The notes under the pieces: generated by a model | The model's database searches: none | What the model saw: the letters and a program-made list of their open reading frames with translations, nothing else | Told to the model about the DNA's origin: nothing | Source of the DNA: Glycera tridactyla | Taxonomy: Eukaryota | NCBI GenBank assembly: GCA_965644265.1 | Contig: OZ286459.1 | Location: forward strand, 124,186,001 to 124,249,664 | Length of the DNA stretch: 63,664 bases | Reading direction: 5' to 3' | Shown: positions 47,301 to 61,366 of the stretch, in pieces | Layout: every line of letters starts with the position of its first letter | Numbering within the stretch: the stretch's first letter is position 1 | Translations under genes and position numbers: made by a program

Positions 47301-50300
47301 TAAACGAGATTGAGAATTTGACTGAGCTGTCCATAAGCAATCACAGGTTCATATTTAGTTCGTAACGACATTATCACTTCCTCAAAATATAGGTGTGCAT
47401 TCGGCTGTTATTCCATGTGAGATTCGAATAGTCCATCATCACTTATTGCCACTCTTCCGGGATTGCGATCCCATCTGCCCTATATCAAATCCTCACTGAA
47501 GGTCATCGAGTGGTTGAAACGTATGCAGATCCTATTTGGCAAGTATGTGGATTCGGTGATTTCCGCCACAAACTGGAGCACAAACAAGCGAGCGATAATT
47601 GGAATTTCAAAGTGAAGGACCAGAGCTGTGATTCAGCCTGCGGCTGGCCGAAGCTGAAACCTGATATATGGGCTGTCTGGGTGTCTATCTGTTTCATATG
47701 CATTATTGATGGGCATGGACATCGGTCTTTCGTCATCATTCGACTCCAATTGCCACCATATATTGAATTTTGACGGCAAGGCGGCCCACTTTACACTGTG
47801 ATCAGTCATAATGAACGTCAGCGATCGACATCGAGGACTCTATCTTGTTTTCTCTGATGGAGTGAGTAGGTTAGGATTGAATAATGTCGGTCCTAGCTCC
47901 TTTAGGAGGTTCAACTATGTGAATGTCAGGAATTGGTCGGTCAGAACACTAAGTTACCAGTCGGGGATTACACAGGGCATTCATTTTTGTGTTCTTAGAA
48001 TATGCTTGCAAATTCTCTTGTCATCATCGTCTATTCTGTTCTCTGCGAATTTGTAATCTGATCACTGGCATGGTCATCTCTTTCATGTGAAATGATCTTT
48101 ATTGTATCTATATCTAGTATGATGCGTCATAACAATTGTATCTACAAGGGAATTGGCAATTTTCAAATAGTTTTCTTGCTCATACAAGATAGTCCCCTCA
48201 TATATGCTTGATCGCTGCCTCGTGGGATTACATGGCAGGATCACCAAGTGGAAAACGATTCCTTTCACTCATTCACCATAAATTCTCGCTGTTTTACGAC
48301 GGATGAATCGTGCTCCGTGGGTGTATGAATACAAAGATTACTGACATCATATGCCCCACCTTCGAGTAAACTGGAACAGCCCAAATAATTTGGGGGAGGT
48401 GGAGTTATCCAAACACTTGTCCATTTAGAGAATGTTTTTACTTGGAGGCGGAGCTGTTTCATTGCAAACATTGAATATAATTTCAAGCGTGGAAATGCAG
48501 GTGTTTGGGATGAATGAGCCAAATGAGCATATTCCCAATATCCGCCTTGGCGCTCTTGTTATGAAAAGGTTTCATTGTATTGGTCCTATCCGTTTGGCGC
48601 ATGCAACGTAGATATCGTGAGAAACACGGGTGACCATCCCAGGCGCGCCCCATAACGTTTGTAATATCATTCACCAAATTTCTCGTCACAGTTTGCTGTA
48701 CCATATACTTTGTTTCAATCTAAAAACAATCTTCGTTAGCCTGCAGTGTCATCTCAACTAGATGCACCCACATTGGCCACGACTTGGTGTGGGGGAATGG
48801 GGGCTTGCTTCACAATAGTCATACACAGAACCAGTGGAGCCATACACTGATTCACTGTGACTAACAATAATTGATATTGGTAGGTTTTAAAACCATGACG
48901 GCTAAGCTCATTTATGGCTCCTAAATTCCAGTAGCGAGGAGTTTGGAATAAGTACTACAAGTCCCAGTGCAAGAATGTTCAAACCATCGCATCCAATCTC
49001 ACGTAATCGAATGTTCAATCTGATTTATATTAAAATTCTCAACTTTTTTATACATCAACACAATAACCTGAACGCAATATTATACATAATTTGAGTATTT
49101 CAACTTCCGTTTCTCAAGTAGCTTGTGGCATCCTGATTTGTTGGTTAGTGAAATTGTCAGGAGGACATTGGGCGACAGGAGCTGGAAGCTGGCGGCCGGA
49201 GAGCGATCAGTTTGTGATGGAATGAGGCCGAATGAAAGGCGCGCTACGCCATATATCTGTCCAATAAAAGCCAATGGCCCTATATCGAGTCGCCCGTTAT
49301 CAGAGAGCGGGCAGCAACACTAAGAAAGATAAATGATTGCCTATCTTGTTAGCTCGCATGCCCACCTTCCAAGACCACGGCAGATATACAAAAAATGCCG
49401 CCTACTGCCGAAATGAACCCAAAGCCCATCAAAACTCGAATCCAATACCCGCTTTGATACAAGCCACCTTCAGCGTCGAATATTCTATGTCTGTTTGAAA
49501 GAGGAATGTTCCATCATTTTTTTATACTTTTACTTGGGTATTTGGTCATTTGGGTGAAGACATTTTTATAATAAGGATCAGCCTCTATACATGGCATGTC
49601 TCATGATCCGCGATGACCCCAGGAGAAAGCCCCGAACAAATAGACATGCTGACAAGATATCAAACCCCTGTTTCATCTCAGGTGCATTCTCAAGGTTGAC
49701 TGCCTGATTCATTAGTTTGCCCTCCTGTTATATATAATTGATCAAGGTTCATCGCAAAATCACCATGAGGTAGGTCATTAATACTGTTTTAGAGGCCGTG
49801 AAAATTTATCATCAATCAATGAGCTGGATAACAAGCATGGAGGTGTGCGCATGCATCCCCTGACACACACACACACACGCGCGCGCGCACGCACACACAC
49901 GCACGCACGCACGCACGCACACGATTATGAAAGCTCTTGTATCGGTGCACTGACAGAAAGGACCTCTGAATCGCAATTTTTGAAAGTACAGGCAAGTTTA
50001 CCACCGCTGGGGTCTGACATGAAGCCAGATTCACAGCAGCTCCTTGCCAAAGTTCAAATTGAAAGGCTGAAATCCGTCGATTAGCTTACCCTTTTTGTTC
50101 CATGAGGACAAACTGAGTGACAATTATTGACCCAGTTACTCCTCTGTCACGATGGAGCTCTCAGTCATAATGACCTAGTTGCCCCTTCTATTATATGAGG
50201 TCACAATGAGCGATCAAGTTACTTCTATCGTACAATGCAACCCAGTCAGAACCAATTCTTCTATGAGCGCACAATCAACAATACATTCTATTCATTCGCC

Positions 50301-51290
50301 TATGCTGCTCTGAACTCAGATATGTAGAGCATGTGATAGACAAAACGTCTTTCCACATCATCAGCCGAGCCATCCTCGTGTAAATATATAGATGAGCATG
50401 AAGTTAGGTGAGTACGGTCACCTCCCACGCAGAAACCTTTATTTAACCTCCTCGTAGAAGAATGAGATAAATCAAGCAGTCTTCTCCTAGAGGGCATGTT
50501 GGTCGGGAAGCGGGATTGTCTCAAGATGGCGCTGGTGTGGCGCTATAAGTGGCTAGTAGATTGTCTATAAGGAGACCGCTTGATGGGATGCATTAGGGTC
50601 AAGACATCGGTGATGCCCACTGATGCCCTCTCTAGCCGCCATCTAACAGGTTACGCCAACATCTTTCTAATAAAAACACCAGGGCATATATCTGCTCCAT
50701 AAAGAATCTCTTGGTATTCCACCCTGTTCTAACCACATATGGTTGTCTTTTTAAAGGGATTACGTGGACATTTCGGTGAAGTACGACCGGGTGAATTTCT
50801 TAGTCAATGTGCGCATGCTTTCTTGGCCAATGTTTGACTTATTTGAGACAGTTCCGGCTACTGTCAACATCCATTACCATCACTTCTCTTACTGGTTTCC
50901 CTTCCTGCCGCCATGGCCAGCATACAGAATCAAGATACTCGTCGAACATTTCAAACATCTGTGATGTGAGTGTTGGTGGTGCACCGCGGGAGCATGACTT
51001 TCGGGAGGTGGAATTCAATATAAGAGTCTGGTATGAGCTACTTGGTAGCACGAAATAGGAGATGAACGTGAGCGTCTCGGGCGTTCCCAGCTCACTGTAG
51101 TGGACAGCCTCATATATGAGATTGGGGCAAAGAATCCTAACTATAGATTATGGCAGTATAAACCATTCGCCATATATTGCATGCACGCCATTCTCCCAGG
51201 AATCACCGTCGGATCATAAAGACACTTTTTCTAATAAGGACTCAAAACGGAATCGCCTTAAATATGAGGACATCGAGTTTGATGTGCCTC

Positions 51291-51293
<3 letters not shown>

Positions 51294-51379
<86 letters not shown>
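51294..51379. repeat. (TA)n microsatellite with two interruptions
   Basis: Direct inspection. Confidence 0.97.
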
Positions 51380-53090
51380 TCCGTAGCAGCACAAAGTAGA
51401 TATTTGGACTCAATTGGAGCGTAATCACCGATTGTAGAGCTTGCAGCATTGTGATAGTAAGAAATTCACTGAAAAACATAGCTGTAAAGAATTCTCTAAA
51501 AGCAGTGCTTGTCTGTTTGGGGGTTGATGGTTCATAAGTGGACACATTTGTTGAGTATTGTCCGTACGTCTTCTATTCCAAGTTGTGAGCTTCGATTTGA
51601 GAAAATAGTGTTATCAGGGTTAAGAGGCAAGTTGCAAAGACGAATATGCCGTTTATATTTCACTAGCCATCTGTTGTGCATTTGAACAAGTGGCTGAACT
51701 GTCTGCTACTCTCACACTTCACAACGTTCCTGGTTCCCCATCATCTTGACTTCAGGGTTTGTGAGAGTGATCCCTGCATGAGATAGAATATCGAGCTTTC
51801 ATATATCAGGAATATATGGCATACATACTATTTAGTGCTGATGCACATCGTTAAGTTCCAAGCAAGTCATCTTTCCCACCAAATACTACTGTATCATGTT
51901 TTGATGATACAACTACTATAGCCATCCGAGAATGTAGGGCGCACGTTTCTTCTCAGCATCCCGGCCTCTCCAAACCGGGGAGGGGTGGTAGAATCTGATG
52001 TGAAAGACAAGAACTCTTTCGAATGTGAATGGAATATGATTGACAGGTAGTTATCTAAGGGATATGTGTCATGCGTTCATTATTTGAACACTGTCGGAGA
52101 AGCCAGTTGGCCTTGTTTGTCGGAAAGCAATTGTCATCACCATCTTTGGTTGTCCCTACGCACCTGTGTTTGCTGTATTTTGAATACCTCGCAGAGTGAA
52201 TGAACGATAGACAGCATGTATTACAATATCACAAACGATTAATATCTTAAACAAGTACATGACATGCATTCATACCTAGGTCTGTTAGCATTATGAAGTA
52301 GTGTCATGTATTTTTATGAAAAAAAGCTAATCCTCTTCACACATTCAATACATTGAATCAGTTTCTGATTATTTGATGATGGTACGCCAAATTATCTGCT
52401 TCGCACTGTAAGAAAGATGGAGAGCGGAATAGGGATGAGAGAAGGGGACAAGGAGGTGAAGAAAATGGGAGAGAAGAGGAGAATAAGAAGCTGAAGAGCT
52501 TGAGTTAAAAATGCTAATCAGTCCACGTACAGGAATGCCATTAGGGACATGTCATGACTGTGGAAGTGAAAAGTAGAAGAGGGCGGTCACTTGAAATGAA
52601 CGGCACTAATACTCTGCGTGCGCCTATCCACCATCTCGATGTCACCATTGAAGTGGGCATCCGGTGAAGCTGTAATGGGCCACCTAACACATTTAGAATT
52701 CCACCGCTTACATCAATACAAACAAGACAGAATCACGAGGAGATCCGGTGGAGTAAGTTTAACATCAGCGGCTAAGACGGCTGAGGGTAGGAGGTTTGCT
52801 TGCTTTGCTTGAGGTTCAACGGCATGTATGAACCCAGTGGTTTATTCATTTTATGTATTCCTGGTGGCTGAAAGCTCGATGATCTGTCCAACTGGCATAA
52901 ACCCTGAACACAAGATGATGTTGATACTTCAGGAATGAGGAGGGGGGCAATGATGATGGAATAAATGTATTCAACTTCTCACAGTGTATATGATCATTGT
53001 ACTTGTTGCTTTCATCACCACCATTATATTGATAGCAGCAGCAGCACCTTCAAAATATAGAAGACAAAGAATGGCAACAAGAACGACAAT

Positions 53091-53131
<41 letters not shown>

Positions 53132-53148
53132 TTACTACTATTACTACT
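53091..53148. repeat. (ACT)n microsatellite within a decayed trinucleotide tract
   Basis: Direct inspection. It accounts for the poly-Thr and poly-Val ORFs. Confidence 0.95.
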
Positions 53149-53726
53149 GTTGCTGCTGCTAAAACTACTACAACTGCCACCACTACCACGTTACAACACT
53201 ACTGCGGCTACCGCTGCTGCTGCGATTACTACTTCTACTAACCCTACTTCATCATTCACAGAAGCACAAGCGAGTATGAAAATCAGCCACAATATTATTA
53301 CTGCCGGTATCAGGATTCATGTCAGCTGATATTCAACATTGCTCATGAACTTCATGAAACTGCGCTCTGCAATGTTACCAGCGCATTCAGTATTCACAAT
53401 CAACTCTCCCCTTCGCCCCTTCCCTGATCACGCCCCCACCTCTCATCATCGGGAATTAGAGAGGAATGATTGTGCTGGGGCCTCTGATCCGATAGCGGGT
53501 ATAACTGTAAATTTCATGATAACATCAGGCTCAGAAAGAATGGCGGGGAGCATATTGTCCAGTTCCGCGACCAGCGTAAATCAGGCAGTCCCGTGATGAG
53601 ATGGCAGAGAAAACTGTGCATGCGTGGGCTGACTCATATCATTGGGCATGCTACAAACACACCCACTATCGGATACGACTTTCAGGAATATTGTGTTTGT
53701 AAACTCGATTATTTGTATATCCACCC

Positions 53727-53805
<79 letters not shown>

Positions 53806-53859
53806 CATCTAGCTTGCTAGCTAGCTAGCTATCCAGCTAGCTAGCTAGCTAGCTAGCTA
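53727..53859. repeat. Compound (ATCT)n followed by (AGCT)n microsatellite
   Basis: ATCT run to about 53810, then an AGCT run. Confidence 0.96.
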
Positions 53860-56122
53860 CTTATCTCGCTATCTATATGTGCGTATGAATATATGTGCGT
53901 GTTTTGCGTGTCAGGATGAGGCAACCTTCTCTCTCAACCCTGGTAAGACTCTGGATTTCGTTTTCAACCGTCGTTGATTACATCACACCAGATATGTGTT
54001 GTCATCGAGCAGTCAAATTTGCCTGACAGCGCAGCACTACTTAATGTGGGATTGACTATGCCACAATGAAATGAGTGTGATTGTTGGCCCTTACAGCCTC
54101 ATCACTTACCATGAACGAAGGGTGATAAAATATCCTCATATTACCTCAGCACATATCATGAATAATACCCTATATTTTTCTTCATATCATGATCCCTTTC
54201 TCCCACTAGGTGAAAATCACTCCTGATTTATCAGGATGGGGCTCAGGGTTACAACCTGCTTATCTGGTACATTCATGCCGCCTGTCCTGCATTTGTGGCG
54301 TTACCTACGGCTGGAAGAGGCATAGATAATGAAGGTTGCTGGCAATATGGTCCCTTGCTCTGACTTTTCCTTTCTTGTATATAGAACTTTTCTTATATTC
54401 CTCCATGATATGTATGTATATACCCACCCACCCTTCAACGTATATTCAAAATATAGTTCCCATCGATGATGTAAAGATGAATAAGTGACATTTGTCTTGT
54501 TCAATACTTCTGAATACGAACAGTATGAGTATGGCCCAATTTGATACTGTGATTTGTCTATCCCGAGAGCCATAGCAGTTGAATGCAGGGAGTAATCCAG
54601 CCGTCAGCCACCCTTGCGAGGGTGAAGATGTGTTAAATTATATTTGCACCGGGAAAGAAAAGCCAGGGCCACTGACTAGCAAGATACCACCATGTTATTG
54701 GCACAGGCGATTCGGGGATAGGCAATCAGAGAATACACTCTCACACTTCCTATTCACACTTCATGACGCCCGTTGCCTTTAATCAATTTCTAATCCTTTG
54801 GCAACAGCGACGGGGGCCCAAGCCAAATTCAATAGGGACGGCTTGCCCTGTTTGATCTGCACTGCACTGTAAACTTCAAAGACGTCTCCCTCTGTGTACA
54901 AAGCCCTCCGGTTATTGTTGGCACCGCGTCATCAACATTTACAAAGCGTGTGAATCTGGCCAACACATCAAACAAGGATGTGGGGCCCATTTTAAAAAGC
55001 AATAGGATAATCTAGAGCAAGGCCGCGAATAATCCGACATCACTGGTGTTCTAAACATTGCGTATAATAATTGTTTGGTAGTGGTGATGGTGGGTGGTGG
55101 TAATGATGGTGGTGATTGTTGTGGTGCTGTGTGCGTAGGTTACTAACTCTGTACGTAGGTAACCTGTCTACCATGATCACTCTACAGATGGATTTCATTC
55201 AGGAATTGCTTATCTCCAGACATGGAGACTACCTCTTCATTTTCCATGCAACCAAAGTCGGATCCTGTATACAGATTCAACTATACTTCCGTTGGTGGGT
55301 ATTGTCCGGACTTATGGATTCGCCAAATCACTAAATTAACTTACGTCTTTGACTGGCTTTCAAGCAGGCACTGTTATGGACCTCACATTATTGGGGTAGA
55401 TTTTCTCAACTGTGTGTCAGTTTACATACAGGTAAAAGAAACTATCCAGAAACTCTCCAGATATATGAAACAACATGTAAACGAGTTAAAACAGGGAGCG
55501 AGAAACAGGCGGAGGCCGGGGAGGAGACCGTGTGAGAGAAAAAGAGATTGAGAAAGGGAAAGAGAGTGTGTTTGGTGGTGGTTGAAGCAGACAAAGAGGG
55601 CGCCATTAATGGCGAGTCATAGAGTGGCGGGCCTCTGTACAAACACATACCCATTTACACAACTAATAAGCACTCCCTTGTCGACGTCGCCAGCAACCTC
55701 ACTGGGACATATAACGTGCTTCTCTCCCAATCTCGACAATCTAATGACTTGCTCAGACCACCGGTGCACTTGTGCCATTTTACAAGAAGCGATCATTACT
55801 AAAAAGTTAACCTGGCTATAACATTCATATTCCAAAAGGGATATACACCCGAGAAAAAGAGTAGGGTTGTGAAAGTGATCCATGGACAGCACAATGGGGT
55901 ACAAATACTCAGACAAATGAGGGTTATTGACGTTCTTTGCCCTAAACCGACAATGATCATATTTATTTCAGAGACTCACCTTTCAGAACTTGGCCACGAA
56001 TACTGGTAATTCTACTTTAAATATCGGGTCAAACATCATCTATTCATGTTGTTCTATACCATGGGTGATATACAAAGGGTGTGGGCTCAAACTGACCCTC
56101 TTGTATTTGATTGTTGTTGCAG

Positions 56123-56404
56123 TGCCGGCGCAGTATTGTCAGTTGGAGCATTTTGAGGCCTCCTGTCCAGACGATGAAGTGATTGTTATGTTCACGGCCA
56201 CCTACGGTCGTATGCAACTAGGACGATGTGTCACAAGTAACTACGGCTCACTGGGCTGTGGGATGGACGTGCTGACATCGGTGGATGCCCTTTGCTCGGG
56301 CCGATACCAGTGCGATTTCGTCGTCTCCACCCTCCATCCTTTGCTTCAAGACTGTCCACAAGACCTGACCCCATACCTCGACGCCAGCTACTCTTGTGAC
56401 CCCG
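56123..56404 (+). CDS. Internal coding exon (282 nt, phase 1-1) encoding a SUEL/galactose-binding-lectin-like Cys-rich domain
   Basis: Acceptor TTGTTGTTGCAG ends at 56122 and donor G|GTGAGT starts at 56405. The peptide YCQLEHFEASC...ATYGRMQLGRC...GC...LCSGRYQC...C...YLDASYSC has the SUEL pattern (C..., A.YGR, CSG...C, YL.A.Y.C). Confidence 0.9.
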
Positions 56405-57837
56405 GTGAGTCAGAGTAATTCTTTCAGATATGTCTATTGCTGTTGCTTACTCTCCCCCTTCTCTCTCTTTCTCTATCTCTTCCCTATCCCTCTCCTCTCT
56501 CCCTTTTCTCTCCCCTCTCTATCCATCGCTCTCTCTACTTCTGTTCCCCCTGTTGCCTTGTACCGTTGCTCTTGATCCTGTTAATACACCTCAACCATTT
56601 CTCTTCCGCCCCCCCCCCCCCTCTCATTCCTTTAGCCTCTGTCTTCTCTCTTTCTTCATTTTTCTCATCATCAGCAGCAGCAAACGCACCAACAACAACC
56701 TAAGCAGCACCAGCAGTGCAGAAACAAAGCATCATTAGCACCAGCAGCATCACTTGGCCCATCAGCAGCACCGGTAGCAAGACTTGGCCCATTAGTGGAA
56801 CCAGCCGCAGCTGCAGTAATAACAGCATCGTCTTCTGAGCCGCATTCATAGATATGCTCCTTGTCCTGGGAGTTCACCTCAATTCGTTCACACCCACCGA
56901 TCAAGGTGTGACATTCAGGATGCAGGTTGAGTGCTGAATGATTCAATTAAGTGGATTTTAGCACCTCTTCCCTGTAGCCAATCAATAACCATTTACACTG
57001 CTCGGTCATTGCTTCTGATTGACGATGGAGGGCGCTGCGCAAACTTCCGACATGAGCCAATAACCGATCAATGGAGGTTTTCTCTATTAACCTTCAACCT
57101 CTCTTTTTATCACTTTACCTTCATTCACTACCTTTTCACACCCCTTTATTGGTGATTGGCCAGTCCCAGGAACCACACGCACCATTTGAAAGGATCATCG
57201 GGCTGCTGAAACGATCTCTTCAAACCGATGCACCACTCTCATTTCGTCACTAGAATTAGTTTGCATTTGGCCCTGTTTGGAAGACATCCTTTTCCCGAGT
57301 ACCTACTACCTAGAAAGGCCAGCTCTGATGTGACTGGAATACTATCCTGCAGCATTGACTACCTTTCTGCCAAGATCACATATCTACAGAAGGTCACATA
57401 TCGATGCAAACAATCTTGGTCTTGAACGGTTTAGCTGTATTCCTTATGACCTTTTGCATGATATGAGATGAAATGGAGCATATCACCATCATATACAGCC
57501 CCATTGACAATTATCTTGTCAATGGTTTGGCATGCAATGATGAGTAGTACACGGATTGGGGAGATATGGGGTCAAGTAATGAGTTCATTTATGATGAGTC
57601 GATTATCTGAGCTATCTATTACCTTCAAATACATTTGCGTCTGTCTAATCAGTCCCAAGAAAGACTATTATCCCGCAAATAGGTGGTGACACACACTGAA
57701 TCTATAAAGTGACATTCTTCCTCCGTCGGTTAACTGATGTAGGAACATATGTAATATCCATCTATAAACGCCTCAAAGTATCGAAAAAAGTCTGGCAGTG
57801 AAAAGAAGACACTCATGGCTGAAGACATTCCGCAGTT

Positions 57838-57879
57838 GGTCTTTGTATGCAGGTGGTCTCTTGAGCAGGTTCAACCGTA
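57838..57879. mobile_element. Solitary Tc1/mariner/pogo-type TIR-like fragment
   Basis: GGTCTTTGTATGCAGGTGGTCTCTTGAGCAGGTTCAACCG|TA. On minus it reads TA-CGGTTGAACCTG...GACCACC...GACC, resembling common TA-target MITE ends. Partner TIR not found. Confidence 0.35.
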
Positions 57880-58970
57880 TGTAGGCGCAATCTGTGTTTC
57901 GTCTCCAAGCGACCATTACTATTGATGGATTTTCGCCGCAAAGATGCAATAATTGCACCTCACTGTGCGAGATGGACAGGGAAATGCCATCAGCCGAATA
58001 AGGTAGTTTATATCCAGGACCACTCACTCAACTGTGATGTCTCAGGTCCATTGATTAAAGCCTGTCCTCCTGTTTCAGGCGCTATCATTCTCTCTCGTCA
58101 AAAGACGCCAAGTCTCGCTATTTGCGTCATTCCACAATCGATGAAAGACGCCATTTGCTTTATCTAAATAGCGTTCATTCACACGCTGGCGTGACGATAG
58201 GACAATAAGCTTATCACACGTGTGAATAGAGGCAGATAATACGTGCAATTATCAGTAATGTTTTGATATTACTCATATAATTGGGTGTCCATAATGGATT
58301 TTTTGCTCCCGGTTGTGAAATCAATTCCATTCCGAGTTCGGAAATATTTACATCTGTATATTGGTTTCGGGAATGTTTTGTTGAGGTGAATTATAACATT
58401 AATTGAACTAGCTCGATAGAGCTCGGTTTGATTTTGTTTGCACAACGTCAATTATGTCAATATTCAACATGTAGCCACATTTCATTTGCTGAAAAATAAC
58501 TGCGATGCCTTTCAACCTTCCACGTATCTTTCACGTTTCTCGATAGGAATGTTCTGTTCTTTCGAGGAAACCTCTACCTAGCATAATTTCAAAAATGTTG
58601 ATTGATGAACATTCACCATTTCAATTGCAATTGAACCTGTATTTGGTATTAGACCATCTGTCTTAATCATACACTTTGGGATTTCCCCCTGTATTCTTTG
58701 TATATAGATAACATGTCCTGTTCAACAACATTTTCATTTCAAAAGTGTGGTGGCTTTATTAAGATTCAACCGTGCTGAAGTTACAATGGCCAAAATTTTA
58801 ATGTGTGTAGGGAGTTTTTGATTCAATGCATATTTAAAGGAGATGTGAGTAGGCAGCTGCTGGCCCAGGACAGTACACCAAAGTGGTTTTTGATAGAGGA
58901 TGACTTGATGGAACAGTAAAATATACTGATACCCGCTAATCATCCACATCCACCCTGCCTTCAATGTGCT

Positions 58971-58984
58971 GCTGCCATGGCAAC
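58971..58984. promoter_or_regulatory. RFX X-box-like motif GCTGCCATGGCAAC
   Basis: One mismatch to the palindromic X-box GTTGCCATGGCAAC. Confidence 0.3.
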
Positions 58985-60271
58985 TTGATATGACTTTACA
59001 TCCTAGCACGATCGGCGCTCGATGATGTCCATAAAATATCAGCACATACAAAAGCATATTCACAACTTGCAGGCAGTTCTACTCATATATTTCATGCATT
59101 GAGATTGCTTTCTCGCGATATATTCGCTCGTTATGTCACTTAATCCACCTGCCATTCTGATTTCTTGCCATATACTCACATAATGTCGCAAATAATTACC
59201 TGCAATAGATGTTTCTCGGACAGGCACTTGATTATATGGAAGGATGATAATTTCCTAGTTTACAGTATCAACACCAGCTACAATATAGACAGATCATCAT
59301 CTTTGTCATCGTCGTCGCCGCCTAAACCACCACCACCACCAGCATCATCATCAATAACATCATCAACATTATCACCAACAACAACATTACCACCGACAGT
59401 TTGTGTTGCTGCTGCTGCTGTTGTATCTTCTCCTGCTATTGGTTCTCCCTGTTATTCTTCTGCTCCTATTTCTACTCGTCTATCTCCCCCTGCCATTTTT
59501 CAGAGTCTGGTACAAATTCGCGTGTTATGGATTTTCAATCGATCTAGATCTTTACACCAAGAAAACGCAGAATATAGCAGGGCAGATGCTATTTGGGAAT
59601 ACGATGGACTCACAGAAAGATCTCACATACACAAGGCAGCACAAAAAATATTTGAGTGCCATCATTTTCAGACTTGATATCAATCAAGCCAAGATCTGTT
59701 GACTAAGTACTCTGGGTCCGAAACTTTTTCAGCTCCATTTTCATAATCATCGTCATTCTCATCATTATCATCGCCATAAAGGTTTCATAAATATTTCATT
59801 TATATGAAAGACACCCCCCCCCCTCTCCGCAGGGTTCACAATACTCTCAATCAAAACATCATGTGTCAATTACAATAACTACAAACAAAATAATAACGAT
59901 GTAAAATGATTTGTATGTGGTACTGATACAAATAAACATATACAAAGGTTCTGTACCCGATACAATCATCTATTACTTTTTTGCATATGAATATATACAA
60001 ATTCACATGACATGTGAGACAGAGATAAACCCGGCACTGGTCCCTGCAGATAATTCATTATTTCATCAAGCTGTGTGATGAATCTTATCAAACAACAGGC
60101 AGACCATATGATCTGTAGCCTTGAACTCAGAGCCTGTGGTCCGCCATTGAACTATTGGATGTGGATACTTCAAGGAAATTGTCCATATGTCCGTAACTTA
60201 TAGGACCAGCACGGCTTACCCTACGGTTATATAGGCTACATGATATGGAAGGTCCCTTTAATCAGACTCAA

Positions 60272-60619
60272 CTACACATGTATGTTCATATTCACGTGTG
60301 TTGAAAGGCGAGAGAGCGTGTATATTTCTTTGATGCTAGCGTAAGGATCTGACTGCAGGCTACAAGCGATATCCTGCAATTTTTGCAATAGATGGGAATT
60401 ATTCACTGATGAAGTAGTATAAGCTACGTCGCAGTAGTCAAGCACGGGCGTCGTTATGGCTTCGTTAGGCGGGAAAATAACAACAGTAGCTGTGATATTA
60501 AGAATGGGAATAGCAGCAGTGTTTCCCCGCTGGCTGTGCCAATAATTGGCTATATCGATACTACGACATGCGCCCGTAATCAAATAGTCCTCGATCTGGG
60601 TAATGGGTGAATATTTCAT
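60272..60619 (-). pseudogene. 5'-truncated, decayed CR1/L2-group LINE ORF2 C-terminal fragment
   Basis: TPVLDYCDVAY...LLQKLQDIAC...YASIKEIY matches the P.LDYCD.VW...LQ.LQN.A.R motif of CR1/L2 ORF2 C-termini. An AT-rich 3' UTR-like tract follows towards about 59800. Confidence 0.7.
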
Positions 60620-60928
60620 TTGTCACTGATGTAATAACAAGTCGGCGAAGATTATTAGCTATTTGGCTAATCCGCCTTTTCTATATCATGTAACCGATCT
60701 TCACCCAAAGCGAATTCTGAAAGTAGAAAGGCACTTTGATGAAATAGATTTGAAAGCGTGTTCATGTTGACCGCCCGCCTCTCTGCAAAACACCTGTTGG
60801 GAATGGACACCTTGCAGAAAGGCCATGAATGATATTACTTTGGCAAAAGTGACAATCTCTTTTGGCAATTGTCCAAGTAATATACGACTCGTGTTTGAGA
60901 TGACTCGCGGAGATGATTGGCCTCGAGT

Positions 60929-60929
<1 letters not shown>

Positions 60930-60976
<47 letters not shown>
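60930..60976. repeat. (CA)n microsatellite
   Basis: Pure CA run. Confidence 0.97.
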
Positions 60977-60977
<1 letters not shown>

Positions 60978-61352
60978 ATATTCACGCAGATACACATTGT
61001 GTAATAAATTGTGTAAAATGTGTTACATAGAATACCTTCGGATTTGGGTAATCCATAGGACAATATCAGATAGAGAAATGCAGTCCTGTAGAACGAAACC
61101 CTGATATTCGTACTGAGTACATGTTTGGCATTGAAGATCGAAATCAGACTGGTTGACTACACAAACGTTTGGTTTACAGGTGTATGTTTGTTTGTCATAA
61201 GTTCATGTTATGCGGGAGAACAGATCCATCCAATTTGGAAATGAAGTAATTAATGCTCAACTAACATTTAATAACTATATGATATACCATTGAAATCAGT
61301 ATATCTAACCTTATCATGTAGACCACACGGATATCTCTGTCATCTTTGAACC

Positions 61353-61366
61353 GTTACCATGGCAAC
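61353..61366. promoter_or_regulatory. RFX X-box motif GTTACCATGGCAAC
   Basis: Matches the consensus GTNRCC-N(0-3)-RGYAAC. Confidence 0.4.

Noticed and set aside
50330-50368. Minus-strand CTGATGA-TGTG-GAAA-GAC...GTCTA
   Set aside because: No stem II can form and stem I does not pair.
52984-53241. Signal-peptide-like ORF with poly-Thr as first exon of the lectin gene
   Set aside because: Built on the (ACT)n microsatellite, ends in a stop and has no usable splice donor.
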